NCBI RefSeq assembly: GCF_009834535.1
Contig: NC_045697.1
Span: forward strand, 107,944,001 to 108,008,000
Direction of reading: 5' to 3'
Source: Camelus ferus
Lineage: Eukaryota
Length of the DNA: 64,000 bases
This document shows positions 25,487 through 40,379 of this stretch, in pieces. The translations under genes were made by a program, and so were the position numbers. Every line of letters starts with the position of its first letter. The first letter of the stretch is position 1. The notes beneath the pieces are model-generated. The model searched no databases. It had not been told where the DNA came from and saw nothing but the letters and a program-made list of their open reading frames with translations.

Positions 25487-28400
25487 CTGTGGGGACAGAG
25501 CCTCAGCCTGAACACATGCGCCTCCCACCCTAGGGCATCTCCCTGAAGAGTCAATCTGGCCGTCTGACGGGCGTTGTCTCTGGTTCTGTGTGGGCAGCTC
25601 CAGCTCACAAGCCGGCTCAGTGTGTCTAGAATTGGGGAAAGTTTATTTAAAAAAGAAGATGCATACGGAACCACATCCCACGGGCACTTAAAGAATCCCC
25701 CTATCAGGGGTCCTTTCCTCCGATACCCAACATCAGTGTTAACAGGGGAAGGTCCCAAAATAGCTCAGTAGAGTGGTTATTATACAGAATAAACTTAATC
25801 TCACTCCCCCCCACAAGCAGCACGAGGAGCCGGTCAGAACCCACAAGAGGCAATGATTCCTGAGAGGAGGATCCGAGAAGCAGCTCTCCAAACAACCTCG
25901 GGGAGCTTGGGAAACGCTGTGACAGAGAAAAGATGAACTTCTGGAAACTACAGGGCTGCAGCCACCTCCTCAAGGGTGGGGAAATGCCACACACCTGCCT
26001 CCTGCTTTCAGTCCAGGCCTGGCCGGCTCCCTAAAAGTGGGAGCTGGGTGTGCCCCACCCCGGGCTCTCCCCACATTGCTGGTCCCCCCAGGGGCTCCCA
26101 GGGCTCAGGAGTTCCTTCTGATGCCCCACCCTGCTTTCAGAAGCAAAAGATCAAGAAAGGGCTAGCAAACTTTCTAGTCCCAAAGGATGTAAAAAGCTTT
26201 TAAGAACTTTGGGTGGGTGGGAGATTGGAATAAGACAGGCAACTAGAGATAAGGAAAAAGAGCATTAAATTCTGGGGTCACACAGGTCCAAACCCCACTT
26301 CTGCCATGTACATGGACAGCTGTGGGACTGGAAGCCTCCGTTTCCTCAACTTTGAGCAGGGATTTAATATCCACTTTGCAGAGTGGATAAAGTAACAGCT
26401 AGAATCTATAGCAGGGATGCAGTAAATAGTTTATTTTCCCCACTCTGCTTTGGGGAAAGTTTTGAGGACATCGTGCTTGCTAATGAAACAGATTTCTATT
26501 TTTTATTAGAATATTTATGATGTTCTTTAGTATATTTAGTATGTTATTATCTATATAGGGCTTTCCAATTACGCTTTTTCACAACCACCATTTCACTTCA
26601 GCCGCACAGCAACCCTGTAAAAAAGGAATTTGTATCATTCCAATATGTCAGAAAAAGAGAGAACTAAGACCCAGAGGGACGAAGAGACCACACCTCAGAG
26701 CAGGCAAACGATGAAACCAGCTTGAAAGTCCAAACGTGCCCTTGTCCAGAGGGTGACAAACAGATTCCCTGTGGTTCAGGGACTGGCCCTCCAGGCACCT
26801 GGACGCAGTGTGACTTGCTGATCAAACAGGCAGATTTTAAAAACAAATCTGTATGAGAAAATGTAAGCAGCACCTCTATTTACTGCAACACACAACCCCT
26901 GAAAGAAAGTGCCAACAGCAGATCTCCCTCCTAATAACAGCATCACATGCCTGGCTCTGGAAGCCAGGTTACAAGATGGAGCCACCTCACAGCTTCTATT
27001 TGGAGCTCTGCATTCTGGGCTAGATAATATTGTCAGCTCGGCAGTCATAACAGTTTTCATGAAAAGATGTGTGTGTGGGGGGCGGGGGGAACAGGATGCC
27101 CTGATTATCGATGTTTTCACTTGCTAATGTTTGGCATTTTACTGAACAGTTGTTACTGCAAATCCAAATAAAGCTGGTGGGGAATACTGCCAAATCCAAG
27201 ACGGACGATCCGAGCTGAATCAACGCGCACCTGAAGGTGAAGCTGGTGTCTGGGCCCGAGCCCCGCGCCCCCTGGGCTGGGCCACTGGTAGACTGGCCGG
27301 CTCGCTGTCTGTCCAGTTCCTGCCTCAGCACTTGCACTGTTTTCTAACCACCGCTTCCTCTCTCATCTCTGTCTAGTCTGCCCTTTTGGGGCCACCTGCT
27401 TCCTCCTTCTAAACATGAAGAGAACACAGGTCTGTTTTGCTTATTTCTGAGTGCACTTTGCTAATAATCGCCCTGTGCCTGGTGCTGTGAGGGAGTGAAG
27501 AGCTGTGAGTGGTCACAGGCTCTCCCTGCACCTGCATGCACACGAGGGCATGGGCACTCAATAAACCATCAATTTCCAAAGAATAAGAATGCAGTGAAAC
27601 ACACAAACATTACAGCAATATTGAATACACTTTAATCTTTTTTTGATGATTTAGAAGGCTTGGAGTACTTCAGGGCCAGAATTATAAGCATCCATCATCA
27701 CCACACCATAGTTGCACAGAGGGGCTAGTAAATAGAGTTCCAGTTAAAAGAATGCCAAGAAAAAATAATTTATTAGGATCCTAGTCAAGCTGCTTATGAC
27801 AGATGGAGGGCCAGGTCAGCGTGTTCTGGGGAGAGGAGGCAGAATTGGAAAATTCAACTTCGGCTGTCTTTATTCCAGAAAGTGTCTTAAATGTCTATAA
27901 AGTCAGGGCTTTAGGATGCAGAGGGCTCTGTTGCTGGTCTCCGTAAATGTGCGGTGGGGACACGGACCTGCTGGCCTGACTTACATCCTTTTCAAGTTCA
28001 TTTTCCGCATGAGGAAGATCTTGCTAAAAACGCAAGTCTTACAGCATTCTGTTGCCTCAAATCATTCAACGCCACCCATCCCCTGTCCACATGATAAAGG
28101 CGAAACTCTTACACGACCTAGCATCTGCCTCCATCTTCAATTTCATCTCCCATCACCCCCACATCCTCCGACACAGGGTCTGATCCTCCTGTACAAACCA
28201 GGCTGACTGCCGACTTCCCCTGTTCTTAGCCATTCACCCTCCACTGAGATGTCACCAAACCTGTGCAACTTTCCTTACCGTTCTCCCTAGGCACCTCTCT
28301 GACCTTCTCCACACTGCCACTTGCACTCGTATCATGGTGGATTAGATGTGTTTACATACATTTCCACAAGACTAAGTTTCATGAGAATGGGAACTGTCTG

Positions 28401-29091
28401 TTCACTGTTGGATCTCTGGAGCCTCAGACAGACTAAAAGGCAGTGCTGCTCAATCAATGAGATGAGTGATGAACGCAAATGAGGAGGGAGGTGATGGATA
28501 TCAAGGGAGAGTCTCAGAGAGGCGGTGATGCCTGAATCTCCTCTAAGGTGTTACTTGCCACCTGCTGGCCTCCAAACTCATTTCCAGAAGTGCCCTGAAG
28601 TGACTACCAATCACGTAAGATATGATCAAAGAGATAACTCAAAAACTCGAAAGACTAACTTGTCCTGAAGAAGCATGTTCTGGAATTTTCTTTGCAATTA
28701 ACATAAAGTGACGACAAAAGATCTCAGGGTTAACCACAGTAGCTTTCATGTGGAAGGAAAGCAATGCTCCTTGGAACTCACAAAAGCAGAATTCTCTCAA
28801 CTGAGCCTTGGGACATCTCACTCTGGCTTCAGGAACCATGAACAGAAAGTACTGACTGTGTATCACGCTGTGTCGGGGATGTGTGACGTACATCACACAC
28901 ATGTGCCATTTAACCCCCTCAGTGATCCTACTGTGATTCTCAGAGAGATTAAGTAACTTGGCCAAAATGACACATACAGTAAGTGACAGAGCCAAGAAGT
29001 CTGACCCCCAGAACCCAGGCTCTCAACTATATTCTTATCTTAAATCTTCAAAGAATAAAATGCATGACTGTTAGCCATAAAGATTACTAAC

Positions 29092-32000
29092 TCTGATCAG
29101 CTGATTTTTCAGCAGAAACTCTGCAGGCCAGAAGCGAGTGGCATGATATATTTAAAGTGATGAAAGGGAAAAACGTACAACCGAGAATACTCTACCCAGC
29201 AAGGCTCTCACTCAGATTTGTTGGAGAAATCAAAAGCTTCACAGATAAGCAAAAGCTAAAAGAATTCAGTACCCCCAAGCCAGCTTTAAAACAAAAGCTA
29301 AAGGAGCTTCTCTAGGTGGAAAAGTAAAGGCCACAGATATAAACAAGAAAATTACAAAAAGGGAAGGCTCAACAGTAAAGGCAAACATACAGTAAGGGTA
29401 GGAAATCATCCATACACAAACTAATACTGGAGGTTCAAAGACAAAAGTAGTAAAAATCATTTGTATCCACAATAAGCAGTTAAACAATACACAAAACAAC
29501 TAGATGTAAAAAATATCAAAACCAGTAATCCTGAGGGGAGGAGAGTACGAGTGCAGGGTATCTAAAATGCATTTGAAATTAAGAGATCAGCCACTTAAGA
29601 CAATCATATATATACACAGGCTTCTACACCAAAACCTCATGGTAACTGCAAACCAAAAATCTATAATAGACATACATAAGAAAAAGAGAGGAATCCAAAT
29701 GTAATGCTATAGTCATCAAATCACAAGAGAACAAAAAGAAGAAAGGGGAAAAAAAGACTTACAAAAACAAATCCAAAACAACAAAACAGCAATAAAAACA
29801 TACGTATCAATAATCACCTTAACTGTAAATGGATTAAATGCTCCAACCAAAAGACAGACTGGCTGAATGGATACAAAAACAAGACCCATGAATATGCTGC
29901 CTACAAGAGACCCACTTTAGAGCTAGAGGCTGAAAGTGAGGAGATGGAAAAAGGTATTCCATACAAATGGAAACCAAAAGAAAGCTGGAGTAGAAAAGCT
30001 TATATCAGACAAAAGACTTTAAAATAAGGACTGTTACAAGAGACAAAGAAGGACACTACATAATGCTCAAGGGATCAATCCAAGAAGAAGATGTAACAAC
30101 TGTAAATGTACATGCACCCAACACAGGAGCACCTCAATGTATAAGGCAACTGTTAACAGACATAAAAGGAGAAATCAACAGTAACACAATAATAGTGGGG
30201 GACCTAAACACCCCACTTACACCAATGGACAGATCACCTAGACAGAAAATCAATAAGGAAACATAGGCCTTAAATGACACATTAGACCAGATGGACTTAA
30301 CTGATATTTATAGAGCATTCCATCCAAAAGCAGCAGAATACACATTCTCAAGTGCACATGGAACATTCTCCAGGATAAATCACATGCTGACCCACAAGGC
30401 AAGGCAAGCCTCAGTAAATTTAAGAAAACTGAAATCACATCAAGCATCTTTTCTGACCACAACACTATGAGGTTAGAAATCAACTACAAGAAAAAAACTG
30501 CAAAACCCACAAACACACGGAGGCCAACCAATATGCTAGTGAGCAACCAGTGGATCACTGAAGAAAGAAAAGAGGAAATAAAAAAAATACTTACAGAAAA
30601 ATGAAAATGAAAACACAACGATCCAAAACCTCTGGGACATAGCAAAAATAGTTCTGAGAGGGAAGTTTACAGCAATACAAGCTTATCTCAGGAAACAAGA
30701 ACAATCTCAAATAAACAACATAGCCTGACACCTAAAACAATTAGAGAAAGAACAAAAACCCAAAGTTAGTCGAAGGGAAGAAATCATAAAGATTAGAGCA
30801 GAGATAAATGAAATAGAGACTAAAAAACAATAGAGAAGATTGATGAAACTAAAAGCTGGTTCTTTGAAAAGATAAGCAAAATCGATAAACCTTTAACCAG
30901 AATCATCAAAAAAAAAAAAAAAAAAGCGGGGGTGGGGGGAGAGGGTCTCAAATTAATAAAATCAGAAATGGAAAAGGAGAAGTTACAATCAACACAACAA
31001 AAATACAAGGGATCATAAGAGGCTACTATGAGCAAATATATGTTAACAAAAAGGACAACCTACGAGAAATGGACAATTTCTTAGAAAGGTACAATTTGTT
31101 AAGACTGAACCAGGAAGAAATAGAAAATATGAATAGACCAATTACCAATAATGAAATTGAATCAGTAATTTAAAAACTCCCAACAAACCAAAGTCCAGAA
31201 CCAGATGGCTTCACAGGCAAATTCTACCAACAATTTAGAGAGTAGTTACCTATCCTTCAGAAATATTCCAAAACATTGCAGAAGGAGGAACACTTCTGAA
31301 CTCATTCTATGAGGCCACCATCACCCTGATACCAAAACCAGACAAAGATATCACAAAGAAAGAAAATTACAGGCCAATACCACTTATGAATATAGATGCA
31401 AAAATTCTCAACAAAATACTAGCAAATCGACTCCAACTATGCATTAAAAGGATCATACACCATGATCAAGTGGGATTTATCCCAGGGATGCAAGGATTTT
31501 TCAATATCTGCAAATCAGTCTACATGATACACCACATTAACAACTTGAGGAATAAAAGCTATATGACCATCTCAATAGATGCAGAAAAAGATTTTCATAA
31601 AATTCAACATCCATTTATGATTAAAAACTCTCTAAAAAGTGGGCAGAGAACATACCTCAACATAATAAAGGCCATATATGACAAACCCACAGCTAACATC
31701 ATACTCAATGGTGAAAAGCTGGAAGCATCTCCTCTAAGATCAGGAACAAGACAAGGATGCCCATTCTCACCATTCTTATTCAACATAGTTTTGGAAGTCC
31801 TAGCCCATGGCAATTAGAGAAGAAAAAGAAATAAAAGGAATCCAAATTGGAAAAGAAGAAGTAAATCTGTCACTGTTTGCAGATGACATGATACTATACA
31901 TAGATAATCCTAAAGACACTACCAGAAAACTACTAGATCTCATCAATGAATTCTGTTAAGTTGCAGTATACAAAATTAATACACAGAAATTAGTTGCATT

Positions 32001-33971
32001 TCTGTACACTAACAAAGAAATATCCGAAAAAGAAATTAAGGAAATAATCCCAGTTACCATCACATCAAAAAGAACAAAACACCTAGGGATAAACCTACCT
32101 AAGGAGGCAAAAGGACTTGTACTCCGAAAACTATGAGACACTGATGAAAGAAACTGAGGATGACACAAAGAGATGGAAAGATATACTGTGTCCTTGGACT
32201 GGAAGAATAAATATTGCTAAAATGGCCATACTTCTACCAAGGCAATATATAGATTCAATGCAATCCCTATCAAATTACCAGTGATATTTTTCACAGAACT
32301 GTAACAAAAAAAAATGTTAAAATTTGTATGGAAACACAAAAGACCCCAAATAGCCAAAACAATCTTGAGAAAGGAGAATGGAGCTGGGGGACTCATGCTC
32401 CCCAACCTTGGATGATAGAACAAAGCTACAGTAATCAAAACAGTATGGTACTGGCACAGAAAGACACATCGATCAACGGAACAGCACAGAAAGTCCAGAA
32501 ATAAGCCCATGCATTTATGGTCAATTAATCTTTGACAAAGGAGGCAAGAATACACAATGAAGAAAAGACAGTCTCTTCAATAAGTGGTGCTGGGAAAACT
32601 GGACAGCTACCCGTAAAAGAATGAAATTAGAACATTCTCTAACACCACATACAAAAATAAACTCAACATGGATTAAAGACCTAAATGTAAGGCAGGATAC
32701 TACAAAACTCCTAGAGGAAAACATAGGCATAGGCAGAACACTCCTTGACATAAATTGCAGCAATACTTTTTTCAAACCAGATCCTAGAGTAATAGAAATA
32801 AAAGCAAAAATAAACAAATGGGACCTAATTAAACTTAAAAAGCTTTTGCACATCAACAAAGCAAAAAGACAATCTACAGAATGGAAGAAAATATTTACAA
32901 ATGATGTGACAGACAGGGGACTAAGTTCCAAAATATACAAACAGCTCATACAGCTTAATATTTAAAAAAATAAGCAACCCAGTCAAAAAGTGGGCAGAAG
33001 ACTAAACAGACATTTCTCCAAAGAAGACATCCAGATGGTCAACATGCACATGAAAAGATGCTCAATTTTCCTAATTATTAGAGAAATGCAAATTAAAACT
33101 ACAATGAGGTAGATCACCTCAAATAAGTCAGAATGGCCATCATTAAAAAGTCTACAAATTATAAATGCTGGAGAGGGTGTGGAGAAGAGGGTACCCTCCT
33201 ACACTGCTGATGGGAATGCAAATTGGTGCAGCCACTATAAAGGACAGTATGGAGGTTCCTTAAAAAACTAAAAACAGAGTTACCATATGATCCAGCAATC
33301 CCACTTCTGGGCATACATATGGAGAAAAATATAATTCGAAAAGACACATGCACCCCAATATTCCAGCAGCACTATTTACAATAGCCAAGACATGGAAACA
33401 ACCTAAATGTCCATCAACAGATGACTGGATAAAGACGATTTGGTATGTATGTGTGTGTGTATGTGTATATATATACACACACACTGACAGACACGATGGA
33501 ATACTACTTGGCCATAAAAAGAATAAAATAATGCTATTTGCAGCCACATGGATGGACCTAGAGATTATCATATTAAGTGAAGTAAGCCAGACAGAGAAAG
33601 ACAAATACCATATGATACTGCTTATATATGGAATCTTAAAAAAAAAAGGTACAAATTTTATTTATAATGCAGAAACAGACTCAGGGACACAGAACAAACT
33701 ATGGGTACCAGGAGAGAAAGGTGGGGGAGGGATAGATTAGGAGTTTTGGATTAACAGACACACATTACTATTTATAAAAAAGATAAACAACAAGGACCTA
33801 CTGTATAGGGAACTATACTCAATTTCTTGTGATGAGCTATAATGGAAAAGAATCCGAAAATAGCTGGGTATATATATGTATGTATATGTATAACTGAATT
33901 ACTTTGCTGTGCACCTGATACTAACATTGTAAATCTTCTACACGTCAATAAAAAATAAGAATTAAAAAAAA
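29092..33971 (+). mobile_element. Older 5'-truncated LINE-1 (ORF1 C-terminus, inter-ORF spacer, decayed ORF2, 3' UTR, poly-A) with TSD
   Basis: The ORF1 end SADFSAETLQARSEWHDIFKVMKGK...KELL* stops at about 29315. ORF2 (about 29790-33640) has many stops and frameshifts and carries FADD. AATAAA and an A tail at 33947-33974. TSD AAAGATTACTAAC at 29079-29091 and 33972-33984. Confidence 0.96.
33443..33484 (+). repeat. Compound (TG)/(TA)/(CA) microsatellite inside the older L1 ORF2
   Basis: Read directly: gtatgtatgtgtgtgtgtatgtgtatatatatacacacacac. Confidence 0.85.
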
Positions 33972-36900
33972 AAAGATTACTAACACTGGGCCATAACTCT
34001 GGAGCAGTGGCTCAAACCAAATCCCATGGTAGAGTTTAAGGCAGATCCTGTTTCTGACATTTTCTTCTTGCCAGTTTCTGTCTGCATAGGTTTGATTTCA
34101 GACGTTGAGCTCTAAGAGGGCAAGCGTCATGTTCATTTAACTGTCTACAACGCTCAGCACACAGGCTCTGGCGTGTGAAGGGTTCACTAACGAGCAGACC
34201 TATAGTTTTTCTCAATTAGCAGGGGATGTTTTACTGCTCAACTTCTGAAACCTTTAGATGTAAGTACCTGTGAAACAATTTATCGAATAAGTGAAGAGCT
34301 AATTCTTTTATTTAACTGGAAGATAAGAAAGGTATGAAAGGCAAAGGGAGATGAGACAGCCAATAAATTTCATGACCAGCAGAGAGAGGGACTGGGCAGA
34401 TCATGGCCAGAAAAAGGATACGGGGCAGTGGGTAGTGACTGGTTTTAAAAAGAAGCACTTGTTTGGCTTGTTTGCAAAATATAAGTAGTGCTGCAGCCAG
34501 AACGGGGGCGGGGGGGGGGGGGAATACATTTGGAGTTCAAGGCAGCATAAATAACCCAGGAATGTCATGAGACCTCGAAGGACACATTGTGACCCTGATA
34601 TGAGAAGCAGTCTTCTAGTTTTAAGGCTTGTGTAGCCTAACCAAACAAACATTTCCTTGTCTCTGAGTAAACGATCATTTACTGCCAACTCCCAATACAT
34701 CCTGCCCCACTGCCCCCCAAAAAATCAAGTTATACACATTCTACGTTCTTAGTATGTCTTGATTTTTTTCCCCTCTTCCCAAATGCTCCAATCTGATTCA
34801 GGCCTCCACTCAAACATCCCTCCTCCAACCAAGACTTCTGCACAAACCACCACCTGGCCAGGTTTCTTCACCTCCACCCTCTGATCTCTCCTCCACACCC
34901 AATTCAAGAGCGACCTTTCTAAGGGATAAATCTGTTCATGTAATTCCCCTGCTTAAAATCCCTCTCCACTCCTCCCCATCACCAAAAGGATACACTCCAC
35001 ACGCTTGGTGGAGTCTTCAATGCTCTTCGTGATTCAGCCCCTGATTACCTCTCTAGCTTCCTCTTCTTCCACTGCCCCCTGACCCAACAGGCTCTCACAC
35101 AGTGGTGCACATGACATGCTTCGGTACAAACAGCTGCTTCTGCTGCTCATGCACTTAAGCAAGACCTCCGCACCTCGCAAGACTCCTGGTTGTCCCACCA
35201 GCACCCCAGTGGAGGTACTCCTCCTCCTCAGCTCCCGTGTACGCTGGAGAAGCACCGTCTCCCCAGCCAGACTGAGCCCCCTGAGGGCAGTCAGGTCATT
35301 TTATTTTCTTTGCCCCATTACCTGAAAGCAACACAAAGCTGATTAAACATTAACTGAGCTAATGAATAATTTAGCATTCCCTTTATCAACATCCCAAACT
35401 CCATAAGCTAGAAATAAAAGCAAAGTTGTTCTATAAAATGTACGTCAGGAGAAAGAAACCATTCTTAGCATGTAAAATAAGACAGATTTAATACAGAGAC
35501 TATTACACTAATGACAGAAGAGCCGAGAAGTCAAAGAGGCAACTTAGAAGATTCTCAACAGCAGGAAGACACTCCTGCCCCAGGGCCAGAGGGAAGGGTG
35601 GGGAGAAGCAGTGGGACTGGCACCAGGGCAGGGGTGCCAGAGGATGCTGGAAACACGATGGACCTGTCTCCCAGGAGCAGGAGCCACAAATGAGATCCAT
35701 CCACAACTAGAGATGCTGCCAGAGGAAGAGGGAAGGAGAAGGAGAAGGAGAAATACCCTATTGCTTCTTTCCTACCACCTCCAGTCTTTCTTCAGAGCCT
35801 CCTGTTGGCCTCACCAGCCACAGACCAGCTGAGGGGGGTGGGACTGGGGGACACTGGGAATGGCAGCCTGTGGGAGCAGCCCCTGCCCGTGATGCTGGAA
35901 AGAGCAGGGGAATGGGGAGGCGAGGATCTGAGGAATGCTGGCCATGACCACGCAGCAAATCACATCCATTTTTTTTAAACTGAAGTCATAGTCTATAATG
36001 AAATTCCAACCATTTTTATACTCACTTCTGTGACCTTTTCTTTAGATAAATATCTAATTGATAAAATGCTGCCACTCTCAAGTCTGCCCAATCAACATAA
36101 AAATGAAAATTCTGTGGACTCCTTTTTCACATACTCAGAGCCAAGATTTATGAAATGCTACTAACTTCTAAGGAGCATCTGTGATAACTCAACTCGGGTT
36201 GGACTGAACCCTAAGGCTACATTAACTATTAGGAAAGGATTTGCTGAGCAAATTACAGAATGAAGAAGACTGCATAGCTTACTTAAGTCAATAAAATATT
36301 CCCTAGGACTTTAACATATTTATGTGAAATTCTACTAATTACAAATAAATCTATTCACAAAAGTCAGAAACCTCAGAAACCTATGCCAGGAAGTACTTTG
36401 CGACATACTTCAAAGGAATAAAATTGCATGTCTTTCAAAATAGGCTGTAATTCACGCCATTTCTCTCCTCTTCCTACTTTACCCTCAACTGGTGAGCCCA
36501 TGATGATATGATACCTAAAGTTAGTCCAGTAGGTACCAGGACCTCCTTAAAAAATGAGGCAGCATGACCAGACTAGTGTACCCCCCCCCCGAAAATCCAG
36601 TCAGCAATTCCTCTGGAGCTTGAAAACAAGACTACAAGGCGATGTTTTACAAAAAGCCCAAATGGCAACTATTCTATGAACCTAATGCTATATATGACAA
36701 ATCTGATGATTAAGATATAGCATGGTAAATGCTTCAATTTATGGACAGCAAGTAATTAAGATTTATTAAGTAAAAATACGGCAGTAAAACGGGCCTTTAT
36801 ACTACTGCTAACCGTAAATTTGTCTCTAAGCATGAACTCCCTCTGATTCATATTCAAAGCAAAAGTTACCACACAGATAAATTTTCATTATGGTAAAGAA

Positions 36901-37944
36901 AGCTGTTCCCCATCTCCTCACCCCAATGTCCTTCTCACCACTGAGCTCTTTTATCATCACCCAAAACAAATACCAACACTTTCAGCTCTGACGACTGAGC
37001 TTGCTACAACTGCTCAGTTAAGATACTTTTTTTTAAAGTGGAATTTTACCGTGAAAATGCCCAGCTTTACACAAATATTAAATATTTATATAGATAAACC
37101 CACATAGATATGTATGTTCTTTACACCTGAACATAGGCACTGCCTGGGGAAAAAGGGAAAGTGAATGCAACAATTTCTCTCTTTTTTTAAATCTTTCACA
37201 GAAGGAAAAAAAAAATCAAATATCCATTCCACAGGAGACAATTCTTGTTCACAGAAAGGAGGTGTGGTCTGGCGGCTTCAGCTGTCCTTCAGCTCCAGGG
37301 TTCTCTCCTCTCAGCCCTCCTGCACCGATTCCACTCCCTGGACTGGTCAGGATCAAAGGCAAGGATACTTCCTTGGTCCAAGGTGCCGGAAGGCCCATCC
37401 TCCTCGTCTGGGATTCCATCCTCCTCCTGCCTGTGCTTACCCGGCAAGGTCAGGTGGCCCAGGGCTGGAGCCCACACTCACCATGGGAAAGCTGTGAGTG
37501 GAGAGGGCAGCCTAAACCAGCGTGGCCCTCGACACTGGAGCAATCTCCCCTGCTTTTCCAAGGACCTCTGGAATACTAACCCGACATTCACCCCTGGGCT
37601 TGGAGGGAGAAGAAGGAAGGGCTCCAGGCCTGCCGTGGGCCCCGGTAAGAAGAATTCTCACACGACACAGCCTGGTGTGCCTGGACTTCACTTGGGGCTG
37701 GAGGTCAATCCAGTGACTACAGTGGACCTCTCTGAAGCCTCATCCTTGCGCAGTTAGCTAGGTTAGAGAGGGAGGTTTGAGAACGGCTGGCAGCCAGTAA
37801 AAAATGAGACGGGGTGTACAGGTGAACTGGTTCCTTGTTTCCACAACACTCCCCACAGTTACTAATTTGGCATGACTCACTGGCAATTAACCTGATGTTG
37901 AGAAGACTTTTACTGACTGACAGACAGGGGCAAAACTGAGTAGG

Positions 37945-38110
37945 AAAGACCTGGGCCTAAATCTTATCTCTACTCATTGGCTGTGTGACCTCACACAAAT
38001 CATCTAACCTGTCTCAGCCTCGCTTTCCTTATCTGTTAGGGGAAAAAATAGCTACCTTGCAGGATTGTTCTGAGTTAAATAAAATTACTCGACATGTGGT
38101 AGACATTTAG
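37945..38110 (+). mobile_element. MIR SINE
   Basis: gacctgggcctaaatc...ggctgtgtgacctc...cctcgctttccttatctgt...taccttgcaggattgtt. Confidence 0.65.
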
Positions 38111-39510
38111 TAAATACCAGTATCAGAATGGAAGTGTTACCAAATGCAAAATCAATTTAATCTTTCCTATGCAAGCTTCTCTAGGAAGCAAGGGAATCTA
38201 ATGAAAAAAGGTCTCAACAGCTCCACAGATCCATTAGTCTGGATTTACAGTCCGAAGTAAGGCACAACAGATGCTGAAATTATGTATTATGTCAACACAG
38301 TATTTCCCCCTTAAATGATAACCAACACCTTTCTGTGATAATTAGTGTGTCATTTGCAGTGGAATAGAAATCATACTTCTTAATGTCTCAAAAAGTTTAT
38401 ATTACTTCATTTTCTCTGTTTTATCATGAAGCAAAATTTTCCTGGAAAAATTTTAAGCTTGCCTGTGCCTGGAAAAAGCTCCCATTCTTAAGGGAAAGGA
38501 AACTACCTCCTGACAGGTTGAGCAGTCACAGATCAGTTAATTGAGGCAGTTTTTACCGCTGTCTCGTTGCCCACAGCACATTCGTGACTCCCTGTCTTCT
38601 CAGACAGCAGCTACTTTTGAAATTCAGAGAGTCTGTGGAAAAGCGATGTATGAAGGCATGGAGTAGGCACGGGGATCAAACTTTAAAAAAAACCTTATTC
38701 TTTTTGAATAAAGCTTTGGGATGGGGCCAGGATCTTTCATGGAGAAATATTTCCCCTTAACTTAAACTCTGAATATTTGTCTCTCTTGTTTATAGCATTT
38801 AAGAAAAGTATATTGATATCAAAAAGGCTAACGCATACAAAATCCACTCATTTTAGATCACTGCCCCCATACCGAAGCTGCCAACTCTTCTCTAACCTAT
38901 CCTAAAATTTATCTCTCTACACTTAGACAGATTCAATGGAAGGATAAACTTTTCATATTACTGAAACCTCAAGAGTAATCACTGAGAGTGAAAAGAAACA
39001 TTAACTTAATGAGTGAAAAGCTCTAATGATTCAGAATGAGATCTACTTTTATCTTTATATAAAAGGTTAGTACTTAGCTGAAAGCTCTGGCGATTGCTGA
39101 GAAGCAAAGCAACTGGCTTGAACCAACCAAACTCTAAGAAATGCCAGCTAGGTCCTCACATTGGTGTGGACAGGGAATGTCGTGGAACAAGACCTGTGAA
39201 TAACAGGAGCAATTCTGAGAGACGCATGTCATTCCATCAAAAGTGCACCAGCTCTATTCATCAGTCCCAGGAATGCCCTGAGGGGAGAGCATTTGGAAGA
39301 GTCTATCAGGACCCAGATTTTTAGGAAGAAAAAAACATCCTGAGTTTTATGTATCCAATAGGTATATAGCATCTTGTTAGAGGCTTCATGGCAAGCCATG
39401 AAATCATGGGGGCTAAAAGGAAAAAGAAAAAGGCCAAACTTTCATAGGGCAAAACTCCTATTTCCTTAGTTATGTTCACTTCAAGAGTGGATAATAAAAG
39501 AACTGGCCTG

Positions 39511-40364
39511 AATAGGTATGTGAAAAGATGCTCAAATAACTAATTATTTGAGAAATGCAAATCAAAACTACAATGAGGTATCACCTCACATAAGTCAGAA
39601 TGACCATCATTAAAAAGTCTACAAATAATAAATGCTGGGAAGGGTGTGGAGAAAAGGGAATCCTCCTACATTGTTGTAGGAATATAATTTGGTGCTGCCA
39701 CTATGGAAAACAGTATGGGAATTCCTTTAAAAACTAAAAATAGACTTACCATATGATCCACCAATCCCACTCCTGGGCATCTATCCAGAGAAAACTCTAA
39801 CTGGAAAAGATACATGCACCCCAATGTTCATAGCAGCACTATTTACAATAGCCGAGACATGGAAACAGCTTAAATGTCCATCACCAGATGAATGGATAAA
39901 GTATATATACCCAAGGGAATATTACTTGGCCATAAAAAGGAATGAAATAATGCCATTTGCAGCAACATGGATGGACCTAGAGATTGTCATACTAAGTGAA
40001 GTAATTCAGACAGAGAAAGATAAATATCATATGATATCACTTATATGTGGAATAAAAAAAAGATACAAATGAACTTATTTACAACAGAAACAGACTCACA
40101 GATAGAGAACAAACTTATGGTTACCATAGGGGAAGGAGGGAGGGATAAATTAGGAGTTTGGAATTAACATATATAAAATAGATAAACAACAAGGGCCTAC
40201 TGTATAGCACAGGGAACTCTATTCAATATCTTGTAATAACCTATAATAGAAAAGAATCTGAAAAAAATAGATTTATATATATATATGCATAACTGAATCC
40301 CTGTGCTATACACCTGAAACACTGAAAATTAACCATACTTCAATTAAAAATGGAAGAAAAAAAA
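39511..40364 (+). mobile_element. 5'-truncated L1 (ORF2 C-terminus plus 3' UTR) with a perfect 15-bp TSD
   Basis: ORF 39824-40072 ([20 protein letters not shown]...) followed by an A tail. TSD AAAAGAACTGGCCTG at 39496-39510 and 40365-40379. Confidence 0.95.
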
Positions 40365-40379
40365 AAAAGAACTGGCCTG

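Noticed and set aside
36622..36636. 15-nt perfect reverse complement (GAAAACAAGACTACA) of the exon 8 3' end (11361-11375), a possible long-range RNA pairing
   Set aside because: A few 15-mer inverted matches are expected by chance in 64 kb. The sites are 25 kb apart and the match does not extend convincingly.
37165..37757. GC-richer segment with several overlapping ORFs, a possible retrocopy
   Set aside because: No recognisable protein, poly-A tail or TSD.
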